Shown one piece after another: positions 42,501 to 54,500 of a stretch of 64,000 nucleotides of DNA. Source of the DNA: Tubulanus polymorphus (lineage: Eukaryota > Animalia > Nemertea); NCBI RefSeq assembly GCF_964204645.1, contig NC_134033.1, positions 9,308,655 through 9,372,654 on the forward strand, written 5' to 3'. The translations under genes and the position numbers were made by a program. The notes under the pieces were generated by a model. It did no database searches, was not told the origin of the DNA, and was given only the letters and a program-made list of their open reading frames with translations. Within the stretch, counting starts at the first letter, position 1; each line of letters begins with the position of its first letter.

Positions 42501-45500
42501 CTCCCATTTATATAACAAAAAAATTAGTTGTGATGTTGCAACTAGAATTTAACTGAATGTAACTAAAAATCAACTAGATTAACAAACTAGTTGAATTATT
42601 ATTGTTTTTATTTATTTCTTGTTAAATCTAGTTGATTTTTATTCCAACTACCAATAACTAGAATTCAACTAGAGTTTTACTTGATAATTATCCATTCATT
42701 GAATTTATCTGGCCATCCAACCCATTTTACTAAAGAATATTTTTTCTTCTAACAGTTTTTGCTTTTAATACTTTTTCAATTGTATATTCTTGTTCTAGAT
42801 TTTCAGTAGTTAAACTCAATTCTTCTTCATAAAAATACCAATCAACTTCTTCACCATCTAAATCTTCTAATTTATAGACATATGGTTTTGTTATTATTAC
42901 CTTCTTTATTTTATATATTTCTCTCGTAAAATTTCGATCGTATCCCTTGTCAAATATCTTTTTATACTTAGAAATTCTAACATTTTGACCAACTTTAAAT
43001 TTAGGTTCACCAAAATCATCTACAAGAAATGCTCCATATAAATTATTCCAAACAATTTCAGCATTTTCACGTTTTCTAGCACCAATAGGTTTCATTCCAA
43101 TAGAAGAATGATAAGAATTATTATATCCTTCTTTCAATTTTGGTTAAACATCAATCCATTTAAAAGTATTATTTGCTGTAAAATATTTCCACATTCTTGT
43201 TCTTAATGTTCTATTAAATCGTTCAACAACTGCTGCTTTTTTATCCGATTTTGTTGAAAAATATTTAATATTATGATTACCTAAGAGTTCATGAACTAGT
43301 GAATTATCAAATTCTTTTCCATCATCAAATTGTATTTTTTCTGGTTTAAGTTTATCATCCGAAAGAAATTTTCTTAAAACATTTGATGTTTGTACAGCAT
43401 CTTTTCTATAAAGTGGGAAGCTCCATACATAACGACTAAAAATATCAATTATATTCAATAACCACCAATAATCATCATTATCTTTCTTAACATTTTTCAT
43501 ATCAATTAATTCTCCTTGCCACTGTTGATCTACATAACTTACCATAGTTTTACGAGTTTTATATTTTCTAACAATTTTTTTATGTGTTGTATATGTTGGC
43601 TGTTCTAACATAAATTCATTTATATCTTTTTATTTAACTAAATTTTGTGGGATTATCTTATATAATTTATCTTGTTTTACTTGACGCCATATATTTTTGG
43701 TAGAAGAATAAGCAACCGAACTCTCAGGGTTGTAATATAAATTTCTTAAATATTGTTCTTTAGTTTTAGGAGTTTTTTTACCACCCATTTATATATCGTT
43801 AATTTTAACTTTATATTTCTAATATTGAATACTATCTAATTGTGAATTTACAATATTCAATTGTGCGTCAGATGTAATATAAATGTGCATTTTGAAATTT
43901 AAGCTTCCTTTTTTCTTTTTCATGAATAATTGTATTTTACTTTAGTATTTTGTAGTTTTTTCCCAGAACCATGTAGTGAATTATCCTCTGTTGTTCTAAA
44001 ATCTAACCATAATGCATATTTATTGCCGGTATGATAATCAATTTGATTAATATTACAATTTTCAAATGATTTTACCTTTTCATTCATAAAATGTTTTCTA
44101 ATGTCTGGCCATTGATCTATCATTCTCATTCCTTGACAAAATATTTTATTTGCTATTCCTTCGATAGTTATTTCTACTTTTGTTATTTCCGGATTATAAT
44201 AATTATCTACCTTTATTGCGCCATTAGGATATGTTGCAATGGTAAAAAATATTATCTAATTATTTTCATTAGTTACTGTATTATATTCTAAACATATATT
44301 CGATAATTTATATCCCATATCTTTAACAACGCTAGATAATACAATTTCATTTACAGGAGCAAATGTTATTTCGAATATAACATCTTCTTGAATTGCATAT
44401 TTATATAAAGGTGCATTATTATTTATCAATTCAAAGTCTAATGGAATTTTATATTTGCTTCCATAAATCTTTTTTATCTAATTATCTGCGGCACGAGTTA
44501 CTATTGCGTCATTAGCTCCTGATCTTAATTTATTATGGTTTTCCGATTGAATGCCTTAAAATATCATATTATTTCTATTTTTTTTAGTTAACCATAAATC
44601 GTTGTAATGCACAAATAAATTATAATCATCTAATGAGAAAACTGTTTCTGGACCAATCTTTATAGTTAATTTTTTAATCAAATATCTCCCAACATTATCG
44701 ACAACATAATTATTATCATGACCAGTTACTTTTATATCGGCTGATAGATAAATACTATTTGGAACATAGAAGGTATTTTGTGTTAATCGAGGAATTCTAA
44801 CATATAAAGGTTTCATCGGGATTAATATTTGAAGGGTTATGAGTAATTATATGATGTGATATTTCTGCTTTAATAGCATTAGATATTCTAGAAATCTTAG
44901 AAGGACTTATATAACTCCCACTCATTTATTTAACAAAAAAATTAATTATTTATTTTTGATTATGTTTATTTGATATTTTTTGATATCATATTCAAAAATA
45001 ATAGCACTTACAACTGTAATTAAAAATAAAATAATATGTTCAGCAGCAAAGTTAAGAATATTCCCAGCAGATTTCAATATAAAACCAACATCTGATGCAA
45101 TAACTCCGGGTAATGCTGCAGCAGATTTTTTAGATAGTTCCCATAAATATTTTGCTAATTTCTTTAAACCATCCTTAACTTTATCTTGTATAGAACTATT
45201 ATCATTCGGGGGTTTATCCGGTTTATTGGGAGTAGGAGTAGATTTCAGTGAATTTGATATAACTAAACCAATTGTTGTGAATACCATAGTTACAGCTGTT
45301 AGAATTGAAAGAATTTTTATACCTTCTAATTTAAATAATAATTTTATTCTATCTTTTAATGATATTTTAGAATCTGGTTTTATCAACAAATCTTTAAAAA
45401 CATCTTTTAATCTTTTGAAATTATTACCAAATTCTTTTAATAATATATCTTTTTCACCTTTCTGTACTTCTAAATTATCTTTTAAATTATCAATTTCTTC

Positions 45501-48500
45501 TTCTAAACGTAATTCTTTTTGCCTATATTCTATTTCATCAATTACTTGATGATCTAAATCAGACTTTAATTGTTCTATTTCTTCATTTGCATTAGTTAAT
45601 TCTTTTTCCAAATACATAATTTTTTTATCTCTTATACTTTTATCATGCGCAATTTTTTTAGCTGATATTTGTACGCCTTTAATTTCTCTACGCGCTTGTT
45701 CAGGAAATGTTTCTAAATCTTCATCAGTTAAATCAAATAATCCTTTTTCTAGTAAAGATTGCATTTGATTCATTCCAGTTTCAGCACCGGGTGTATCTAA
45801 AGCACTATTCGCCTCTTCTTCAAGTGAATTAGTTGTATCTAACATGCTATCAATTTGTTTTTCTATTTTTTAATTGTAGTTTACTTGAACCAATATAAAT
45901 TTTTTGAATATCTCTTCTCGATGTTTCGGGTGTTGAAGATCTTAATTTATCTAATCGACCTGCATACTCTTCCATTTCTGGATCAAAATCAGTAGGATTT
46001 GGATTTGGATTTTTAAATGGTGAATATTTGTTTATATCAATATTAGGAATTGGTTCTTTTTCATTTATTCTATCGATTGCATTCCATATAATTCTGAGAA
46101 GTTCTCTACCGCCTTTTGAACGTTCAATTGTAGATCTTGCTCGCATTTCTGGACGGAACAGATTTTCTTGTCCCATTTTAGAAAATTGAATTGATACTGT
46201 TTCGTTATTTAATTCATCTTTATAAAACCATGAATCATTTTTAAATTCTAAATTATTCATGAAAAATGGATCATCTTTTCTAATTTGTTCTGTAATATCT
46301 TCTGGTTCAATGTTATCTGTTATATTTTTTGGTAATAATCCTTCAATAACTGTATTTGTTACAATATGTTTCATGTAAAATAATTCTTTTTTCAATGCAG
46401 GGTTTTCTGTTCTTTCTAATTCTTTAAATAATTTTTTTCTTTCTGGTATAGTTTTAATTATTATCTCATCGCGGGTTTTTTAAATAATCTATTAATTTTT
46501 CCCTTTTTTCAGTATTATCTTTAAATTTATCATAATCATATAATATAAGCCCACTAGAATCATCTTCACCTAAATTAGTATTATATGCTGATTCATCATC
46601 ATTATCAATATTAGTTTCTACATCATTATAATCATCATCAATATATCCTTCATTATTATTTTCCATTTCTCCCATTTCATAATCTTCTACACCTTCTAAT
46701 TCCATTTACATAATAGAAAAATTGAAATTTAAAATATAATATTCCTCCTATAACAATTCCTATACAAGCTAATTTAGCATTTTCATGGGATTTATTATCA
46801 TCATTTAGTTTGATTATTTCATGTTGAATATTATCAGTTTTAATATTTTCTGTAGTATTGTAACCTTTTATTTTAGAATCATTATCCAATTTAATATTAT
46901 TAGTTTTAGTTTCTGTTGATTGAATATGTTTTTTATTTTTTTCACCTTCCATTAATTTTGGAGCAGTAATAATCTTTTTATTTATATCATTTAATCCAAA
47001 TGAATTATTTATTGTTGCAGTTTTAATTAGATTATTATAACCAATTATATTTCCCATCTTTAATACTAAATCATTAGAAATGATTAATAGATAAGGGCCT
47101 ATACAATAATTTAATCTAATATGTGATTTATCTAAATAATTTTGATATCTTACAAGGTTTTCTGGAATCGATCTATTTTTATCATTATGAATAGAATCTT
47201 CAAATAATACTTTGAATTGTTTCTGCGCATCAAATGAAGTACTATCATTTCCAACTATTGGTGATCTTGTTTCAACTTGTGCACCTAAAATACAAATTAA
47301 ATAAGTTCTAATTGATTGATTTTATTCTTTGTATACCAGGTTTTGTAAAACCTTCACCATTATCTATAATAAAATTATTCCAACCATCATCAATATCGAT
47401 TTTATAATTATGATAAGCTCCAATTCTATGCATATAATCAATTCATTTTATTTCATACTCTTCACCAATACCTTGCTATTTACCATGCGCTCTAAAATCG
47501 GAATTAATATTTATATTAAATTCATTAGATATTTTATAAAACTTAGATAGATTAATATTATTATCCAATTCTTTAAAATATTTCGATCCAGGTAAAGGAC
47601 ATTCTAATTCATTTAATATAATTCTAATTTGAAAGTATGCATGAAATCTAAATATTGTATGAATGAATTTTAAATCTGAATAAGACAAATTGTTATATAA
47701 ATTGTTCAAGTGATCATTCCAACTTATACCACACCCTGTTGTTGCACAATAAACAGCAAAATTTAATTGATTCTGCCAGTATTTCATATTAGATTTTATT
47801 TTATTATATATATTATATTCATCTCGAGTAAAAGTAACTTCATATGTATTAAATATGTTTTCCATTCTAGAAATGAAAAACTTTGTTTCAGTAACATAAA
47901 TTTCTAAATTAATTAATGAAGGTAAAACTACATTTTGATATGTTATAATACTATTAAAATCTATAGGTGGAATTAAATATCGATATGATTTATTATATTG
48001 GAAAGCTTTTGGAAACCCAATTTATATAATTAAAAAATTAATAATTTATTAATTCTTTTAATAATTTATCTTGTTCTTCAACTGTTATATGGCCATTTAA
48101 ACTTATTATATAATCTAGTGTATTCTTCAATTTATTAATTTCTTTTATATTAGTTTTAATTTTTTCTTTAATACTTTTTATATTCAATTTTGAACTTATA
48201 CCAGTTAAAACACTTGAACTTCAACCTAGCACACCAATTGATATAGCTAAAGGTGTTAATGGTGAGAATATTGCTAGAAATGTTATTACAGAACTAATTG
48301 TAACTGAACCACTAATAATAAGATAATATATAATTTTACTTTTTAAATATTTTTTCTTTTTTATCTTTCACTTTCAAATTCTAATATTTGTTTTTCTAAA
48401 TATATTTTTAATTTAGTTTTATTTATATCATGAGGAATAATATCAAAATTATCAACGTTATCATCCATTTATTTAACAAAAAAATTACTAATTAGTAAAT

Positions 48501-51500
48501 TTATATAAAACAAATATAACAATAACTGTTCCACCTAAAATCCAAATTATTTCATATTTCTGTTGTTCTTTACTTGGGGTATAATAATCTAATAATTTAG
48601 GTTTGTATAACTGTAATTTTTCTTTATTGGTTACCGCGTTATATAAACTCATTGCATCATCAACTGATTGAAAATTAATGTGAAATCTTCTGATCATATA
48701 ATTCTTTGTTAATATAATCCATATAGTTTTGCCTCTTTTCTCTGTATTCTTCTGCTGCTTTATTGTATTTCTCTAATGCTAAGTTATGTCTTTTTTGTTC
48801 TTCTAATGAACTATTTTTATCTATATGCCTAAATAAATAACTACCACCAGTAAATGCTAAAGCGTTAACAATTGCTGTTCCTATAATAGTTAGAATTACA
48901 GAAGCCATTTATTTAGCAAAAAAATTATGTAATTATATAGGAGGAATATATTTTTGTTTTATCCAAATAATCAATAGTTAAATTAGATAAAGTTACTGCT
49001 AATGTTAATTTTAAGATATCATTTATATCAAATCTATCAACATTAACACTTCCCATTTTAAATACTTTTTTTTAATACCATTGAATAACCAATAGTTCCA
49101 ACTGATAGTTATGCTCCATTATATAATCCAGTTATTATCCACTTATTATCACTCATTTATTTATCAAAAAAATTACTATCTTCAAAATATTTAGTTATCT
49201 TAGTGATGATTAATTCAACATTTATTTCATTACTAGTTTCATTTGTATATATTTCAATTATTATTTTTTTGATATCATCGATGATAAAATCTTCATCTAA
49301 TTCGTAAAATCTTAAAGTTTCTCTAATTAAATAAGTAATCTTTTCTACATTTAATGTTTCTTTATTTATTGTTGTTTCATACTCAAATGTTGTTTCATTA
49401 GAAAATGCAATATTTTTGATATGTGTAATTACATCATTAATGTTAAATTTCATTTCTTTCTCACGTTTAAAATCAAACCCAAAACATATACTCGGTCCAA
49501 CAGTTATATTGATTGATATAGTGAAAAAATTACTCTTTACATCTTATAACTAATTCATAAATTACAGGAAAGTTATTCAAATCAATTAAGTATCCATTGT
49601 GATTTCTTACTTCTAATCTGAAATTATTGAAATGTGGTATACAAGGTTTAAAATCACATTCGGCTAAATTATATTTTATTTGCGCTCCAAATTGTTTAAC
49701 ATTCTTCAATGGTAAAATATTTAATATACTAGAATTACATGTTGTATCTTTAGTTGCTTCAAATGTTTTTGTAGGATCAATTAAATTGCAATAAATATAA
49801 AAATGTGTAAAAGGCATTATATTTGAATTACTGTCTACGTTTCCTGTAACAGTTTGTGGTTTAATTCCTAACAGTTTAGCAAAAGGTTTTCTTACCATAA
49901 ATGCATGTTTGCTTTCATCATCTAACTTTATTTTAATTTTATCAGAACTATCACTTTTTATAAATCTAATTGAAAATTTATCTTCACTTCCAAGTTTTAA
50001 TCGTGCTCTTGGGCTAATGTTTCTAAATTATATAACCCTGGTTTTAAAAATAGATGAAACCATTTATTTCTATTTCTAATATGAATTAAAAAGACTCTAT
50101 GTTCAAGAGTTTTATCCGATATATTATAAGAAGAATTACATAAACTTATATTAACTAATTTCAAATCAACACAATTCTTAAATTCTCTACCTAATTGTAT
50201 TAGTAAATTATGTGATTTATAATTTGAAAGTTTTCTAGAATCAACAAATATTCTATATTCTTTTAATTCTACCATTTATTTATAACATAAAAAAATTACC
50301 GCTCATCACTAAAAATTAATTTTAATAAAATTTTTCCTAAATAAATGGATGAGAAGATAGGATGTGAAATTTGTGGTGAACTTATCAGAAAAAGTAATAT
50401 GGCGCGACATATGAAAAAACATGATGAACATTATAAAACCCCTGAAATAAACTGCCCAAAATGTAATAAATTATTCTCAAGAAATTATCTTAAAAAACAT
50501 TTAGAGAAGTGTAAAATTAATGGCGCAACGGCTAATGTTGATAGTAATGAAAGTAATAGTAATTCTGTTGAAGTTGAACCTGAAATTATTTGGAAAAGAC
50601 CTTTCTTATTCTATGATAAGGATAATATAAAAGATCATTTCTGTGAGCCTTGTCGAATGAAATTTAGTCCTGAAAATATAGAAGCTTGGGAGAATCATCA
50701 ATTTCGTAAAGCACATATAGACAAAATTTCTAATAAATTTGAAACTGAATTCAATGAAAGAAAAAATAAAATATTAGAAAAAATGAAATATGAGAAAACG
50801 TTACAAGATAATGAAGAAACAGTTTAAAAGTTAGAAAAACAATATAATGAATTAACAAGAACAACATATTATTGTAAATATTGTAAATTGATTATTACAA
50901 CAAGTAATTCTAATGTACATAATAGAACAATAAAACATAAAGAAAACGTAAGAAAATAAATACCAAGAGCTTAACGAAGATCTATTACTAAGAAATGATA
51001 GACAAAAATGTCCAAAATGTATTTATGAGTACTTAAGACAAGAAGGTTCTGTGATATTTTGTAATGTATGTGGATGGGAAAAAATTCATGGGGTGATTAA
51101 AAAACTAAGAGATTTTCTCATAGAACCAAAATTAAAATATCTAGATGAAATATTTAATATATTTTCTATGGTAGATCATACACCAGAATATAATCAATGG
51201 CTTGAAAAAATGAAAATAATAGAAAATAAAAATGGTGAAATAACTAAAAAAGATATAATAAAAACAATTATTACATCAACATTTAACACACAAGAAAAGA
51301 AAATGTATTTATATTTATTATTTAACGATTATTATAAAAAACCTAAATTAACAGAAACAGATATGGAAAATATAAAAGAAACATTCAAACAAATATTAAG
51401 ATATTATGTGGATAATAGAATAACAGATTCAATTAATTATGAATTCTTTTTAAATAAGATTGTAAATTATTTAAACATCGATATCATAATTCCATTCGAT

Positions 51501-54500
51501 GAATTAACAAACAAACAGAAACAAAGAGAGCGAGATGAAATGTGGAATAATATAGAACTTTATTTAAAAGAGAAAAATGAAATGGAAGAACCTAAACAAA
51601 TTATACAAGAACAATTAAATGAAAAAGAAGAAACCAATAGTGATTTCGAGTTTGATGATATTGATCCATTTTAATAACCATAAGGTAATGTTTTTGTACC
51701 ATCATCTGAAATATGTCTTTTATCATCAAATGGATTAAAACTAGTTTTTTCAACTTCATTAATGTACTCGTGATCTCGTGATCTTCTGATCTTAAAAAAA
51801 TCATTTTGTGTTTCATTACAATTGAGTTATATAAACACTTTATATAATCTTGAAATTCTATATGTTTATCAACCACATGTTTTGTTATTCCTTTTAACTG
51901 TTTAGCTTCATAATCTTTTGTTCTGTAACTATACATTTTACTTGTGATCCCAACAAATTCAATCATTTCATCACCCCCTAATTCATCTTTAAATTTACCA
52001 GGAATCTTTTATTATCATTGCTAAATAGTTCATTATCTTTGGGATAATTGCTAAAATCAAAATGATGTTTTAATGTTTTTAAGTCTTTTGTTATGTCATT
52101 TGTCTTGATTTTTAGTATGTAGGCGTCAGTATTGAGGCAAATTAATGGAAATCCACAGTTAAATGTACCATCTTTAGTTGATAAATCATAATGTTGGGTT
52201 ACATATTTCAAATGGGTTACATATTTCAAATAAATCTTTAACTTCTTCAGTTAAATCTTTTTCTGTGTGGCTTGAATTAAAGCAATTTGGTTTAGATTTA
52301 ATCAATCCAATATTCATATTTAAGCCTAATGAACTGCATAATATATTTAACCCTGATATAGCAACTTTTCCTTTTTGAGCTAAAGATATTGCTGGAGAAC
52401 TCGTAAATTTTTTAGCTTTTCTTTAGTTGAAGTATTACTTTTCACTATTGCATGAATATAGAATTCATCATTATATTTAATTGCAAAATCTTTAGGGTTA
52501 TTTATAAGTATTCTATAAACTGCCGATGATTTCAAATAATCCACGATTCTAAATGTTTTATTTGGATAAACTTCTTCACAGTATTTCTTAATTCTTTCTA
52601 ATAATTTCAAATCTTGATTGCATAAATACCAACAACATTTATTACCACTAACATAATTATACACACCTGCTGAACCATCACCCATGAAAAATCCTTTGAT
52701 AAAATATTCTTTTTTTTTTAATGTTTCGGGTTCTATATTATAAATATTATTAATTATTTCATCAAATGACATATGATTCATTCTTTGGAAAAATCTTTTA
52801 TGTAATAATTCATCTCCAATTTTTATATCAGTTGGTTTTATTTCATCAACATTTTGTTTAATTAAACTATAGTCTTCAGTAACATCTACAAACCCTAATT
52901 TAGTTCTAACTCTATAGATTTTCTTATTTGTTTTATGCCTAATAATATTCTTTAATTTTTTCCATCCATTTCTTGTCCAAACATCCATTAAACCATTTAT
53001 TTGTATTAATTCTTTTTCACCATATGAAATATAACATTCATTTTGTTTTGGAATTATTTCTGAAATTCTTCTGATTAATATTTTGTCATTACATTTTAAT
53101 AATATTAGGGTGTCAGCTGTTACAGAATCAAAATATAATATTTCAATATGCTTTTCCCCAAAAAGTGGTTGTAAAACATTATAATAAAATTCATACATCA
53201 ATAATTTTGATACTTCTAAAACAGTTGAACCAATGAATATAGGTTTATTAAATTTCATTGACGTTCTTTTTAATTTAACTGCTGTTAAATAATCTTCAAA
53301 TCTTTTATTTCCCAAATGTCTAGGACTTGATTGTAAATATCTTAATCTTTCAGAATTATTTACTAATTCAATATCCTTTCTATTTCTAATATTTTCACAT
53401 GTTTTACCATAAAAACTATTATTCATTAATTTGAAGAAATCTTTTTCAAAATCTGTTTTAGATATGGTTCTCTGTTGAGTATTGAAATCTATATATTTTT
53501 CTAACCACTTCGATTGATTAAATTCAATATATCTATGTACTTTCTTTAATTTCATTCCTTGTTTTAGATAAAATTTTAACATTCTATAATGAACAATATA
53601 ATTGTATTTATTATTTTGAGTAAGTATTAATTTTTCTGTAAAAACATGATCTTTCGGTTTTATTTTCTTCTGGTATTCACTTAAATAACTATCATCTACA
53701 GTTAAATGTTCTTGGCAATAAGGTAAGTTTCTTGTTATAAACTTTATTTTTTCAGGATATTCTAAATCAACTACAAAGAAATAACCAATTGGTGCTTCAT
53801 CTTTTAAACTCGCAATTGCGCTTTCCCAATCAGTTTTATCATCATTTTCAACTTCTGTTAATATAAAATTTTATTATGGTTGAGGTTGCATCATTGCCCA
53901 ACCATATAAATTATTGGCGTCAATATATAATAATTTATATTCATCATTTGCTTTAAAATATCTATCTCCCATAACACCACTAATTCCACCTCTAATTGAT
54001 TTTTCAAATAATAAAACCATATCTGGTTCTTTTAATAAATCTAATTCTACATTTGTATATTTTAAACCACATTGCCAGGTTAAACCAGGACTTGAATAAC
54101 AATAACAAGGATCAACATTAAAATGATTTAAATTAACTTCTCTAAATTTTTCAAATATGTCAGCCAATATCATAACATCTGATTTTAAATATAAATCAAC
54201 TAATTCACCATGATTTTTCATCTTAAAATGGTTCCAAATATTTAATGTTCTATTAAACACTTCATCTTTCACATACTCCTCTTTTAATTGATCATAAAAT
54301 TGATCTTTTAATAATTCTGTTACATTAAAATCATTGTGTGTTTTATAAAATGAATAAGGAATTGCGCCTTTATATCTCAATAATTTAAAATCTTGGTCAT
54401 TTGGATAATAATATCGAGTTATAACAAAATCATTATCAACTAAACTTTTTGATAAATTATCTAATGAACTTGCTAGAAATCTATAAGAATCTAAAAATCT

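Larger units (their letters stand above)
42505..50347. promoter_or_regulatory. Recurrent gene-junction motif (T)AATTTTTTTGTTAAATAAATG (T-tract + TAAATG start)
   Basis: Found immediately at starts 42507, 44925, 46705, 48468, 48908, 49156, 50275 (minus) and 50345 (plus). Variants occur at 41108, 41973, 43788, 56856 and 57962. Confidence 0.75.

Noticed and set aside
44980-45549. 189-aa plus-strand ORF
   Set aside because: Antisense to the viral coiled-coil/TM gene and lacks the TAAATG start motif.
52131-53126. Hint domain as a Hedgehog-like host domain
   Set aside because: It interrupts a polymerase catalytic motif, carries a LAGLIDADG motif and ends Asn|Thr. These are features of a true intein, not a Hog domain.
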